Shown: positions 28,022 to 42,600, numbered from the stretch's first letter. The stretch is 64,000 bases of DNA from Tubiluchus corallicola (GCA_030141605.1 JAQGDQ010000878.1:21080-85079); one strand, 5' to 3'. Notes: generated by a model from the sequence alone, not told the origin. Numbers and translations are program-made.

Positions 28022-28436
28022 TTAAGAGAGAAAGAGACGAAGGAAGACAGAGAGAAAGAGAGAGGAGAGGAAAAGAGACAGTGAAAGGAAGGGAGAGAGA
28101 GAGAAAGAGAGAGGAAGGTAGAGACAGAGATCCTTCTTTTCCTTTTGTTGAAGGTTCTGCCATTTGTTTCTTGATCGTTTTACTCCAAAGCGAGGTACCG
28201 AATTTGGCACATTAAAAATTCCTTTTGAAATGTGCCATGTAATTAATCTATACAAATAAATCGCACACGTACGCATGCACACAACAAGTAATTGCATACG
28301 GTGCTTCATATATAAATAATCATTACAGTAGTAGAGATGAGTAGGACTGAACTGCCAGCCTAGGGCATCGTACTGCTGTGCCGCTAGGGCGGCACTAACT
28401 GCGCGAACTACTGCGCAGTAAATCCCTAATTTCTGT
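28022..28436 (+). repeat. GA-microsatellite-containing dispersed element, copy 1
   Basis: Shares gagacagagatccttcttttcc..., gatgagtaggactgaactgccagcctagggc and cgtactgctgtgccgctagggc with 46610-48180. Confidence 0.8.
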
Positions 28437-28479
28437 GTTCCATATTCTTTGTTGAACATGTGTTTGTAAGTTAGTTACG

Positions 28480-28740
28480 CCTGGAAAATTCATGGGTCTT
28501 CAGGCGGAGCAAGAGTAAGGGGTGCGGTTTTCCCCGTTCCTGACTTAGTGACTTTATAAGGTAAGCTGTATGATGTTGCAATCCGTTTAATCATGCTCGG
28601 GTTTTGAGGTTTTCCCCTTTTCGGACAAGCTGTTTATATAAAGAATTGTGGTAAAATCCCGTTGTACGTGTCAATTAATTTGTTTTCAAACTTGTATGTC
28701 AGTGTTCGTGCTCCACACTAGTGACTTTATAAGGTAAGCT
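28480..28740 (+). promoter_or_regulatory. Candidate promoter/5'UTR exon of the caspase-STING gene, with kappaB-like sites
   Basis: GGTTTTCCCC at 28526 and 28608; duplicated donor AAG|gtaagc at 28561 and 28734; acceptor ttttcag 2 nt before ATG 30528. Confidence 0.35.
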
Positions 28741-30527
28741 GTGTGATTTTCAGCTACATTGCACCTCACCGTAACTAATGAGTATTTTAAAATTCATTTC
28801 AGTGTATCAAAACATTATTAAAATTAAACTAATGGTATGTCATTAAAACGTATTTGGCCTGCAGACTGGGCTGACCACTACATAATTAATTCGTGCAGTC
28901 AGTAAGTCTGGACTTTTTAGCATTATCAATTTACTCTAGCGAAACTTATAAGGAACTTTGTTCCAAGTCTATTGTTAATACCATATCTAAGAATTGCGCT
29001 TGAGGATTACAATTGCATATTTCACAAATTCCTTTCAGGTTTTTGTGTTTTTACTAATTTAGATGTGTCATCTGTTTTGATTTATTTACGTCAACTTCTC
29101 AACTTCAAAATAAAATGTGCAATTTGTCCAATAATCAATATTCAAAGTATTCTACAAAAATCAAATTCTACAGATAATCAATCCTCGAAGCACTCTCTAC
29201 AGTAACCAAAAACACATCTCTATATAGATAATTATTTTGCTGAGTTACCTTAAAGTTTTTGTTATTACGAATTTCCGGCTTACACGATTTGGCCTTTATT
29301 AAAGAATGGATTTATTTGCACAAACATGCAAGTCACTACTACACTTGGATTGTTTATAACAATTCTCGGACATAAATCACTATCACCAAGATATCCACTT
29401 TTAGAAATTTTCCCCACAAAAACAGTAAATTGACAGTGTGCAGCTAATTCATATCTAAACGAAATGTCTAGACTGTTGTATATTCTTGTTTTCGAAAATG
29501 ACAGCTAGGTGCATATATTTATAATGCAAGTTGGAACTAACTGAGTAGCAGCAATGAGTGGACCGAGTAAAACCTGAGAACTGTGGTGTTTTTAAACAAT
29601 TTAGCCCTAAATTGCACCCGTAGTTTAAATGCCACACGTGCATGTTTATAATATTTTAATAAACTTATTAATAGCATTCAGAGCAGTAATAATTATAAGT
29701 ACGTACGCCAAAGCAGCAGCCTAGTGTAGTAAATTTATTGCACTATTGATGATTAGGCTAAAGTTTACAATTTCCCACACACAACAAATTAGTCCGTGAA
29801 GCGGACTAGGATTAGGGTTGGGTTAAGATTAGGGTATTTAAATTGTTTGTGGAATTGCAAACTTTTTCCGATGATTATTATAGCCATACTGCATGTTTTT
29901 AACAGCCTTGAAATACAGTATTTCTGTGTAATGTGGACATAGTTTTGTGTGTACAGCGCTGTTATGTTCAGTGAATGCATTATATGAGACGCACTGCCAC
30001 AAAACGAGTTATTGTTGTGTCTACAGGAAAATGCTTGTGAGTTGGCCCTTCACGTGTGTCAGCATTTCTCCACTAGCATGGTCATGCCTAGAAGCTTTTC
30101 AGATTGAGGAGTACTTGGCAAATAAGTTCCTCGTGTCATGATCCCATTTTATTGCATTTACATATACCTGTATAACTGTATATATATGCACATATAGACA
30201 TAATTATGCTCTTTTCTGTTTGAAAGCCCTGAGATGCCCGAATGCAGATCTTGTATCGACTGTTGCATTAACAGTTTTTTCATTATTAGTTAAATGCCAT
30301 GTTGTTAAATTATGCAATAGAACATCCATGAGTCTATTTAGTACCACAGAACAGAACTTTCCATTAAATTCATGTGCGATTTTACAAGACATTTCAGTAT
30401 TTGCACTTCTTTGCTTTTTGTGGTTTAGGTTCGCTCTCCCTTGGTGCCAACTTGTTAACCGTGTAAACAAGCATTTTGGTTCTATTTTCAGTGCATCATA
30501 TAGAACACTGACCGCCATTTTTCAGCC

Positions 30528-30614
30528 ATGGCAACCGGAGGTGGCGATGTTCCGTCTACCATCAAGGTGCTGAAAGGGACAATAGTGAATGCTAGATATG
30601 CTAGTCGACGAAAT
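30528..30614 (+). CDS. Caspase-STING exon 1 (29-aa N-terminus, no CARD/DED)
   Basis: Kozak gccATGG; MATGGGDVPSTIKVLKGTIVNARYASRRN; donor gtgagt. Confidence 0.65.
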
Positions 30615-33600
30615 GTGAGTTACTAATTTGATGTCGCATGTCATGTTGTTAAGTTTGTAAAAACAACCAAATAAATTACTGAATTGTCAGTGGGTTTATT
30701 TTTCCCAAGTCTGATAAAAAAATATTCCCTTTTGGTTACTTTGTGTATAATAATGTAACACATGTAACACTTTTCCTACATCCTCACTAACTTTCTTGTC
30801 CAGGATTTTTTATCCAGGGATCAAGGTCAAGGTCAAAACCTGGGTGAAAAGATCATCAACTGAAAATCGCCAGATAGATTGAATTTGAGCCTGGATTTGG
30901 ATTCTAGGTATTTTTCTGATTAAAACAACACCTCTCACATGCATTTTGGTTCAGTAGGTGTTGAGATATGAATTTTTGAGATTTCAGGCAAACGCGAGAA
31001 TGTGAAAACCTCAAGATTTCAAATTGTCATAACTTTTGAATGGGTGGACCAATTGACCTAAAATTTTGAACATAAATTATTGTCATAAAGCCCAATAACC
31101 GCGCCAAGTTTCATCAAAATATGAGATGGTCGGGTGTAGATGATCCAAGATTCTTGGTGAATTGACATGGAATGACCCTATGGACAAGTCAGCCGTGTTT
31201 GAATTGTCTGAGGTAGCATGCAAAAAGTTGCCTGTTAATGCTTTATACATGAAAGAGCATTCTGTGGTAGACAGTTTAGTATTTTGTTGCTCTGTGTGGT
31301 GCACCTCTGGTTGGCAATCATGCAGTCTCTTCATGGACTTAGAACTTCTGTGTTTGAAATTTAAGAGAAGCCTCAACAGATCCGGGAAGCAAATATTACA
31401 TAGAGGTGTCTGTGATGCATTCCGTTTGTGTTCACAGTGTCTTCTCTGTATAGCAACAATTCTGTCCTTTTGATTCATATTTTGCCACTTTGATGGAATG
31501 TAAAAAAACATTTTGAGCATAGATAGCTTTTAAATAAATTTTGTTTTGATTTCTTAATTTAACTTATTTGATTTAATTCCAGCATACTAAATTACTATCT
31601 TTTTCCAAACACACAACAAAAGTGTATATTTCCTCAAAATTAGCGAAGATGTGCATAATCTTGTTAATGCTTTAAGTCAGGGGTGTGCGATTTGCAGCCC
31701 GCCGAGAGAATTTGTGCGGCCCGCGAAGAGATTTGTCAACCTAATGAAAGTGCGGCCCGGGCGATTAATTGAATGTATCCAGCTGAAGTCCGTGCCACGA
31801 TCCCAAAAATAGTGCGGGTAGTTTTTTCTACTAGATCGGATGCCATTAACCCTTACAAGACGGTTGTAGGTTAATGTCACTGTACTACACAGACTGTGTG
31901 ATACACATTACTAATATGCATTGTAATGAAATTACCACTATCTGTCCTGAAAGTAGAAATATATGGTTTGTAATATAAATTTTAATAACTTCTAAAATAG
32001 TTTCTTGGGTGTAGTAGTAATGATGTATGCAGGTCGGATGCAAAAAAATCGTTATTAGGTCCTACTGTACTTAGCTCCTTGATCAAACTGCCTGTGGCCC
32101 GCAGGAATTGCGGGAAAGTTTAATGTGGCCCGGCTAGTCAGATAATTTGCAAATCCCTGCTTTGTACCGGTCATTCATCATCCAATAAATGTGGCTGGTT
32201 GTATGGCAGATCCGCAATATTGATGTTCAGAACAGAACATGCTTAGTGAAGGTAGGTTTTGGTTATTCGGCAGCTCCACGTTAAGCAGAGGTCAGTAGAA
32301 TCAATAAAGTCAGTATTCCATAATCTGCACATTCTCGATCCAGTTTTCATGTGGTTACGTCATGATTTTCACAATAGGGACCACATTTTGTATGTTGCTG
32401 CATAACTTACACGTTCTGGACCAACTGTGCATGCACTTCTGTATAACCTGTGCAATACAGACCCACATTCCTAGCGTTGTTACATGAGGTCACCACTTAA
32501 AACTACTGCATATGTTTAACATTTCTAATCAATGCATGTGTCTCAAACTGCATAAGTCATGAGATTTGTCACTGTTGCTTGGCAAACTGTTGTTATCATA
32601 TGTTGTTACTTATTAGGTATATCCCATGGATTCCACACCACGCGGCTACTGCTTGATCATTAATAATGTTGAGTTTGATGCAAGAAAAGTAAACAATGAG
32701 TTTGGCATGATTGTGGACTTCAAACCAGAAACTAGAAAAGGTTCTGATGTGGACGAAGTAAAGCTAAGGAGTCTGTTTGACCAACTGGGATATGTTGTTG
32801 ACCGAACACAGTCCAATCTGACGTCTGAGGTATGATACAGGGCAAGTGCAAATACAGCCAACTGATCTGATAGAATTTTGTTTGTTCAAGCCTGCATATG
32901 AAGTTCACATATTACATACTGAATACAGAAAGCTATAAATTGTAAAGTTTGTAGCACTGTTTGGTAATAATAAAATAAAAGTACAGTGTAACTTATTACT
33001 GTAAATGCTTAGATAATGCTAACATGAAACATTTATACATTACTTTGGCTGGCCTGTAGTGTAACAAATTCTGGTTTTCATTGACTGCATTTGGTACACA
33101 CCATCTATTTTTGTTGCACAGTACAAGCATGCAGTTTTCATAATTATCAGATGAAATTTTTCCTTATAGTTTACCTAAAATCAAAAGGTAATTTGCTGCT
33201 GTAAACTCTGGTAACTTTACATGCTGAAAATTATTTTAAGTTTTGCAGAGACTAGTCTGTAGGGAAATAACATAGTTGTCTGGCAAAGCAGCAGTACCAT
33301 CACATCTCCACTTCTAAACATCGTAAATTATAGAGACCAACTATAAAGATTCAAGGTGCATCTAACCTGAGTGTTAATAAGCCATCAGATTTTTACTATT
33401 GCAATATTCTTTACAGACAGTTTTTGTGTTCAAATACTGGATTCAGATAATTCGCTTTTTGGAACGTTGCACGGATATTTTGATAGTATTACTGCTATTT
33501 ATAAGGGAGACTCGGGTAAAGTGGATCACTTAAGGGTTTTCGCTCATAGAGTTCAAGACGTTTGATCTGTAACAATCAATTACATGTCCTATTCTTCTGT

Positions 33601-36600
33601 AGGAAACTCTGCTATATTCGTGTGGTAAAAACTTATAATTACTATTACTCGTTTAACAGATAATTCCGAGATACGAAACCAAAATTTCTAGGGCAAAGTG
33701 GATCTTTTACGGGCATAGTGGATCATACGTATGGGCAAGGTGGATCGGTTTAGTTTCATCCCTCTATGAGAATTATTGTGGTCCACTTGAACTGAACGAA
33801 TATCTCTCAAACACATTTTCTTGAAATGTTTAGACTAACCTTTCTTAGTGAATAGATAGATTTCCCAAAGATCGGTAAGAAAAAGCTCAATAGAGAAGCA
33901 CAGAAGTGCTTATTAAACTTAAAATTGAACCAAGCTTGAGTCGACTCAGCAGCTTGTGGCTCTAATTATCAACTGATTCATGTTTGAAAGGTTATTTTAC
34001 TACAAAACGTAAAGGTTCATTTAGCATCTTTTTCCTTTAGGTTCAACAACTGCATAAAATGAAACTTCGAATCGCTGCGGTCTGCGACGCCTTACGGAAA
34101 AAGAGCAAACACACTTGATCCGCTTTGCCCAGTGATCCACTTTGCCCGGGTCTCCCCGGTTACTCATGCAAATTTTTGTTTCAGCAAATGCTGTCTGTCA
34201 TTGAAACGTTTGCGCAAGATCCTAAGCATGCTAGTGTTGATTCATGTGTTGTGGCAATGCTAACCCATGGCAATAAAGGTGACCTGTTACTCACTAGAGA
34301 CGGCCATTTGGACTTCGTTGGGCAGATTTTGCCTTTATTTAGTGGTAGGCCATTAATTTTTTTACAAGCACATAATAATGGTATTGCCTAATGATAGTAC
34401 AACGGCATTCTTAAATAATACCATACCTACCACAGCCCAAAACGTGGTTAAAGTACGACAGCTTTTTTTCAGTTTTTGTGTCGAAACCAAAGCTTCCCGT
34501 GTTATTAGGACACCCGTACCAGTCTAGATTTAGTTCCCATCTAAATCAGGGGTGTGCAAATTGCGGCGTGCGAAGAGGTTTGTCAACCTAATGAAAGTGC
34601 GGCCCAGGCGAATTAATTGAGTGTATCCAGCTGAAGTCCGAGCCACGATCCCAAAGATAGTGCGGGTAGTTTTTTCTACTAGATCGGATGCCATTAACCC
34701 TTACAAGACGGTTGTAGCTTAATGTCACTGTACTACACAGACTGTGTGATACACTTTACTGATATGTATTGTAATGAAATTACCACTATCTGTCCTGAAA
34801 GTAGAAATATATGGTTTGTAATATAAATTTCAATAACTTCTAAAATAGTTTCTTGAGTGTAGTAGTAATGATGTACGCAGGTCGGATGCAAAAAAATCGT
34901 TATTAGGTCTTTCTGTACTTGGCTTCTTGAGCAAACTGCGTGTGGCCCGCAGGAATTGCGGAAAAGTTTACTGTGGCCCGGCTAGTCAGATAATTTGCAC
35001 ACCCCTGATCTAAATGTACTGATATAGGTTTAGGGTTCACTGTGTTTCTGTGCGCTTTATTCGAGGTGTTTTTATTTAAGATTCCACAGAAACGTTAAAT
35101 TGCTTTTATAGTTGATTTTGAGATTCATATAACTAAATTCATATAACCTTGAGTTTGTGTTTAGCTCATTCTACCGTGACTTAGCATTTCTTATTGTTAC
35201 ACATAGGATATTTGAGTAAATGAAGTGTCCATGTGCCCAGTTCATATGCTGTATATATTTATGGTGACTGAAGCCTTGTGTTCTGCATTCTAGACTGTCA
35301 TGCTGTTCTGATCTTCTTTGTTTAAGTTCCTAATTAGTTTAATAAATATTACTTTATTATGCACGCATTTGTCTGGTTGCTGATATTATTGTAGCGTGTA
35401 ACACCTTGAAAGTTACTGAAGCATTGAAAGTTTGATGTATGCGATTATATATATATATATAATGGTAAATACTAAATAATGATAATAATAAATGAATTCT
35501 TAGGACACAGTGCTGTGCATTTGTCTGGAAAACCAAAAATATTTATCCTTCAAGCTTGCCGTGGAGGTACGTTTCTATTGTTAGTTTTTTTTGGAGTACT
35601 TTTAAACATTTATCAGTAAATTTAATGCAGTTTCACTGAGCTATATATTGCCTTGCAAAAATAATGGGCAGTAACTACAAAATCGGATTGAGAATCGGAT
35701 TTTCTCAGCTAAACTATGACCTTTTCTCTAAAGGTTGTAAAGATAATAACGGTCATCCAATATTGCCGAATTGTAACTGTGGATTTCGATTTGAGTCTGT
35801 TGAACACTTTTTGTTGCACTGCCCATTGTATCAACAAACTAGGGTTGTTGTGTTTGATAAACTAAATGCAATACTTCTGCCCGAAAACCTTAATATAGCT
35901 GTCTTAGGAAATAATGATCTGTTGAAGTTGTTATTATTCGGTAAAGATGAATTTAACTATGTTGCTAACTGTAAAATATTCCAATGCATACATGACTTTA
36001 TATTATGTACTAAACGCTTCCAGTAGTTTCTATCTGATATAAAATGCATCATTCTTAAACAATCGTACATTTTTACTAAGTATAGTCTATTCTTACTGTA
36101 AATGTTCTTGTAAATAGTGCATAAAGTCTGTTGTGGTGAGGATCCTAAATCATGTTGTACAAACTGTCTGATCCAATCCTAAATAAATTATGTTTAAACT
36201 AACTACAAAATGTTGCTTTTGAGAATTGCATGAAAAGAGAAGCAAAGGCTAAAGATACTGCTATTCAATCTGCAGTAAGTCGGCTGAGCAGTTATAATTC
36301 TGTAATGGAGCTAGTTTGTGCATAGCCTGTGAATGGAAGTTACTTAATACACAAAAACTATTGCTTAAAATAAAATTTCATAATAATAGCAAGAAAGAGC
36401 CATTTGTTGGGTAACACCTGTTCTAAATTAGTGAACTTCCTTGAGGAATTGGCTTCTAGCAGCCACAAAAATGCTCTAAAATGCAGCAGAGTGCATTGTT
36501 GGATGGGGCTCCACCCTAGACCCCCTAACTTCTTTCATGCTAGGCCCACCTTTGTTCTAAAATCTGTATTCATCCCTGATTAGCCAAAATGAATTCTGGA

Positions 36601-39600
36601 GACTGACTTATTCTCCCTATTCAGATGAGAGCCAGGAGCCAATTGAAGTATCCAAGCCGTCGCAGAAATATTCATTTCCAGCTGGCGCTGATCACGGAGA
36701 CGACAAGCTAACTCAAGATTCAGGGATCAGTTTAATCGCAAAGCAGAGGATGCCGCAAAAGACAAAGCAACCAATTGTTGGAAATACAATTGTATGCCGT
36801 GCATCTGTGTCAGGTAATGTATCAATTTTATTCCCTTTTTATTAAAAATTTGAGCATTTGCTTATGTAACATTTGTCAAGTTAACAAATCTTAACTCAGT
36901 CAATATGTAATAAAGTAATATCAGATATGTTGCATCAGCTGAGAAGCTATTAGGATTGAGTGAAGACATTTTTGATTATTAAAAGCTATGTGGCTGTTGT
37001 GGATCGCTGCCGTCAATTAGAATTGCATGGAACATCGTAGAATGTTCCGTCGGAATGACCGCCTTAGTGTCTGGATTGTTCTCGAACATTTGTTCGGGAA
37101 CTTCGCTATATAAGGCGAAGCAGACTGCCGACACGGGATCGCACATCACATTTAGAGCACGCAGATCTAACACGGACTTATACTTATTTATTTGTATACT
37201 TACTTAAACGTTTTCCAGATTTTCACGTTTATTGTAATCATTTCAACGTTCCTTCATCTTTGTGTAAGAATTCTCGCTCAATAAAGTAATAATATTTAGC
37301 GGCGTGTTTTCTGGTTTTCTCTACGAGCCTTCCGAGAGAAACAAAACACAACAGTGGCTACTAGTATAACAAAATTTTGGACCTGTATAATTTGAAGGTG
37401 CCTGATTGAAATCCAGTACCAGTCCTTTTCATTTTGATCAATCAAGTGGTTTAAAATATTTATTTCTAGAGGATTCGTTCAACCCCTGATTTATTAAACT
37501 TACCCCATGTGTGACTAATTGATCCTCTTTGCTGCCTCTTTGATCCTTCGTGTATGATGGAAGTAGCTGTGGCCACTGTGAAAAGAAAGTCGCTTAGAGG
37601 CAGTTCTTATGGTAGTGATTCCTACCACCCCTTTACTGTCCAGGCTTGACGTTGCTTAATATCGGTCACTAAGCACTTACCATGACCTATCTCGGCTATC
37701 TCTGTCATGGTGCTCTTATTAAAATAAAGGCGGTTGTGGTACGGCCGAAATCCGGATTATCATGGCGGATAATCTTCAAAAGTGAGATGACCTGCTATAG
37801 TTGTCTTGCCACTTCAGGTGTGTACAGTTCCTTCCTCATTGAGGTAAATACCTGAGAGCAATATGACAGAAGAAACTACTGTAAAGTAGTTTTCCCAACG
37901 GTCACCATTCATTCGCCGGCCAGACTTCGTGTTGCTCAAGTTCAGTTATTTTTACTTCGACACAACACATATATCATAACAGTAACACAATATTTGAAGA
38001 ATTTTGAGACTGAGACTGAGAAATTTAGTCTAGTGGTCTATAAATGATTATTTTAAATCTTGTTCACAACATGCCACTAGGTCTCAAATCACTCTGAAGG
38101 CAGAACTCGTTACAATGATTTGTCAGTAAAAAACGAAATATTAGAAAGAAAGAAAACAGAAGAAACAATGAAACAGTTTAGGATATAACTAGTTAAGCAG
38201 AATTTGAAAGGATTACTAAGGAGGGGTTAGTGAATGGTTGCTATGATAAAGCAATGACTCAAACTGAAATTGTAGTGTAATTAATTACAGTATATCAGGC
38301 TTTAGTTCAATGAAATTCTGTGCTACTGTATAGTTCACTATTTGGATCTGTATTAATAACAGTAGACTCATTAAGCTGAAATTAAGTACTGGTATTGCTA
38401 ATATGATAACGACATTTCTTCTTATGCATTAATCAAGACTAATTAAGACACTAGTTATCATGATAATTGTTAAATTTATAACAAAATTTAAATCTTTTGA
38501 TTGATATAGCAGATTTAATAGTAAAATTTAAAGTGTACCTTAATGACGTATACCTGTGTATGTAATAGGATGTTCGGACAGATTTGTTCTACAGTAAGGT
38601 ACCAAAAGTCTTGGCGTAAAAGTAACACTGTTACTGCTGCTTCGTGGAGCCCCGAATCATGGAAAAATTGATTTTCCTTTTACCAATTTTTCATTAGCGA
38701 TGTTTTTGGCTATGTAGGATATGCTTCGATGAGGTCTGAAACTAGGGGTACATGGTTCATCAGAAAACTTGTGACGGAGTTTGCACAGAATGCTAGCTGT
38801 CTACATATTCATGAACTAATGACTAGGGTAAGTTGATGATAACGGTGCACTGGAACCAGAAGTGGCGAAAATTTTGCTATCTCCCTCATCCAAAAATTCT
38901 AATAGTACATTTCAGTAATTAATTGTACGTAGTTCTTGTTATCAATGATACTTGATAATCAGTTCTTAACAATTAATGGCTTGATCAGATAATAATTTAA
39001 ACAGATCAGGTAAGTTTTAATGAAACGAGAGATATCTAAATTATTTAGTGACAAAATAGACTATTTACATTGATCATCATCATCATACGCCCGTCACGTC
39101 TATTGTAGACATTGGGCAGACAGAATTCAAAAATAAAAGAAATCTGCCTTCAGACAGGTAAATGCAGCAGTAATCCAGCAAAAAACTAGACACTGCTACG
39201 CTAGTGGCTTGTCAGCACCACTTTCGTTAATGTTTACATTGAGATAACATGACGACTAAAATGCAACGTGGGAGACCTTCGCTTGCACTCTGGATGGGGA
39301 CGCATGTGCTACTTTGACTAGAGAATTAATGTATTGTTCTGTATTTGAGGAAGCTGCGAGAAAATAGCACAGCGAACCAGCAGGAAATGAGTCCAAAATT
39401 TTAAACAAGAAACACTGGAAAACAATGTTGTCCAAAAAGGAGCTACCATTGCCAAACTACAGCCATTGCTGGTGCTATTGCAAAAACAATTATTACTATC
39501 GATGGGCAGCCATTAAATATTATTAATGATAAGGGTTTACAGACTCCGTTAAAAGGTTACAGTCTCCGTTTAATGTCATGCCAAGTTGCAAAGCGATTAC

Positions 39601-42600
39601 AGCAAACATGGAGAGCAAGGTACAATTTGATAAACCAAAATTTAAAGAAAGATCGAGATCAATTAACTATTAATTTACTTACATTTATTGATTTAATTAA
39701 TTTATTTGCGTTTAATATTACAACGATCGTGTCGATCTTCATTGATGCTTTGCTTAGCATTATAACTTTTCTGTGCAAAGTGTAAAGCAGGGGTGTGCAA
39801 ATTATCTGACTAGCCGGGCCACATTAAACTTTCCCACGATTCCTGCGAGCCACAGCAGTTTGATCAAGGAGCCTAGTACATACAAAGGCCTAATAACGAT
39901 TTTTTTGCATCCGACTTGAGTACATCATTACTACTACACTCAAGAAACTATTTTAGAAGTTATTAAAATTTATATTACAAACCATATATTTCTACTTTCA
40001 GGACAGATAGTGGTAATTTCATTACAATGCATATTAGTAATGTGTATCACACAGTCTGTGTAGTACAGTGACATTAAGCTACAACCGTCTTGTAAGGGTT
40101 AATGGCATCCGATCTAGTAGAAAAAAGTACCCGCACTGTCTTTGGGATCGTGGCACGGACTTCAGCTGGATACACTCAATTAATCGCCCGGGCCGCACTT
40201 TCATTAGGTTGACAAATCTCTTCGCGGGCCGCACAAATTCTCTCGGTAGGCCGCAATTTGCACACCCTTGGTGTAAAGTATTAATGAGCACGTTTGATTA
40301 GCATGATCGTGGTTACTCTGTAAGTTCGATTCAATTCACCTTTTATGTAAAATTTTCATATGATACCCTAAAAATAAGACCGACACACAAAAACTTACTA
40401 AAATAACTAGAGTAAGCTAAAGTAAATTACAAAAAATTGCCTGGACGAAAACTAACTGTTCACCATGGAAACTGTGAGAGTTACTCACATGTAGCCATAG
40501 ACACTGAAGGCAGGAACAGTCGATTCTTGCATTTGCTGTAGCTTAGTTTGCAGTGGTCTGTGTGATTCACCGTTTTCACTTGTATGTTCTCCCTCCTTTT
40601 TGTCTTTCCAGGTAAAAACAGGTGCTTTTTATCAGCATTCCCCAATTTTACAACTATTTTGACGCGATCTGCAAGCAGAGGAACATCCTCCCAGCCGGCA
40701 GCAGTCATGCTTGACATATTTCTACAAAGTTAAAGATTTATGTTAATTGCAGTACCAATGTACACAGCATTGGGTGTAGAGCTCCTTCTACTAATTTGCT
40801 TTGAGGATCTTGGAGATAATTAATAGTCTGACCTCAGGGCCAAAGGCTACAGCAGCAGGACCCAAACTATGAAAATTAGGATGAATAACTTTGTCACTCA
40901 ACTGCTCTTAGAGTTTTAGACTAAGAGCCGTGGTTTATGTATATATAGGTAACCGGGCTAGAGTAGATGTGCATTAAGTATTTTTTGAAAAGTGGGCATT
41001 CTCCAGGTCACGTGACATGAGCGAGGTGTCTGGTCAAAAACTCCATAAGTGTAAGAACTAGAATCGAAACTTTCAGGGTGCGCACTTAACTTGCGTAACC
41101 ACAGAGTGGTATAGGAGGGAGTATATATTTATATAGGTAATCAAGTATGGAAAATTCAGCAATAGAAAAATTATAATCTTGAGACAAAGATCAAGTCAAC
41201 AAAAATTTTTCACAGTCAGCAGTTGCAATTTTGGCCATAATGCAGAATCTTAATTATTGACTTTGTTAATGACTAAGTTTATGACTTTGTCATAAACACG
41301 GTCGAGTATTATTTTTCATTGCTTGCTGTTAGTACACTAACCTTGTGCACTAGCTAGTGTGGCACACATTGGAACCGAAGTTGGGATAGCAACTTTTCCC
41401 CTAAGAACCAGAAAGATATTGACATGCTGAAAACAGTCTCAGATTTAAATATTCATCGAAGTGCGCTGTTTTAGGTACATCGTCAAGTGTTTGAACTGAA
41501 GGGTCGACAAGAGAGAATGTGTGCAGATGGTGCTAGTTTTGAGAAGTTTCTTGTTACTCAAGTTCCCGAATTGGAGTCTTCATTGATGACTCGACTATTT
41601 TTCAATCCACCACTTGTAAGTGCCCAATTTCACATTGTAAGATCCATATAAGTCCTGTATCACATTTTTTTACTATCAATACTTGTTGCAATAGATACAT
41701 TTTTGTGTATAATATTTAAAATTAATAATCAGCGTTTTTGAAGTTTGTTATGTAGTTTACAATTTTTCTGAACAACAGCGTTATGAAAACTGTTATCTGA
41801 CTTCCTTGTAAAATCTAAAACTTTTTAGGAAACTGGTCCAGTAGGATTAGGTACAGCACTTGCTTACTGGCACTGGATTGGTTATCCTGCAGTTATCAAG
41901 GATGACTTTGTACGAGAGATATCAACGTGGAAAGAGACTGATAAAAGTTTGGAGCATGTCATCTTGAAACAAATTATTGTCTATTCACAAAGCTGCCTAG
42001 GAAAAACGCAAGAGAACAAGCATGTTTCTGATGAATTTGACAAGTTTAGGAAAGCTGCTCATGTGTTTAACGTTACAAAAGATATGGCCGGCATGAAAGG
42101 TCGTAAATACGGAGTTACGGTATGGCCTATCAGGTCGGACAAGAAGAAATTCTATGTTGCAGTGGACTACCCGACTGCTATACAAGCCATTCCAACCAAC
42201 ACTAATAATATCCGACAGCAGCTAGGAGAGGTAGCTGCATTTCACAAGACGTTGCAAGACATTGTGACACAGGAAGGTGCTGATTCAATTCCATTTGTGT
42301 TGCTACCATATGACGATGACTGGGAAACACTTAGAGCTGTCTTAAAGGAAGCTTGCAAACAGTTCGAAAAGCCCAACTTTGTCGTGGGTTCCTGTTTGAG
42401 GGGTCCAGGCACTGGCTGGGATTTTCCTGCATGGGTGACTGAGTCAGATGCTTGTTATTTTAATCTCACTGCTGAGATGCCAGTCGGATTTCTTATAGCA
42501 GAAAGGTCTGTATGACTTTTTCCTTCAAGTCCTGTGCTAGATTGTGCAAAGTTTCTGATGACTGCTATTAAAATTTAACTTTTATAATTGTCAAATTTAT

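Noticed and set aside
35664-36026. Zinc-finger ORF as part of the caspase gene
   Set aside because: Bounded by a 12-bp TSD and typical of a LINE ORF2 end; exons 4 and 5 join in frame without it.
40068-40301. Recurring MTLSYNRLVRVNG ORF (also at 31677 and 54538)
   Set aside because: Internal sequence of the hAT MITE; no transposase motifs.
40612-40715. Strong polypyrimidine acceptor in intron 6 as an extra exon
   Set aside because: The phase-0 reading has no caspase similarity and hits a stop; exon 7 supplies the expected sequence.
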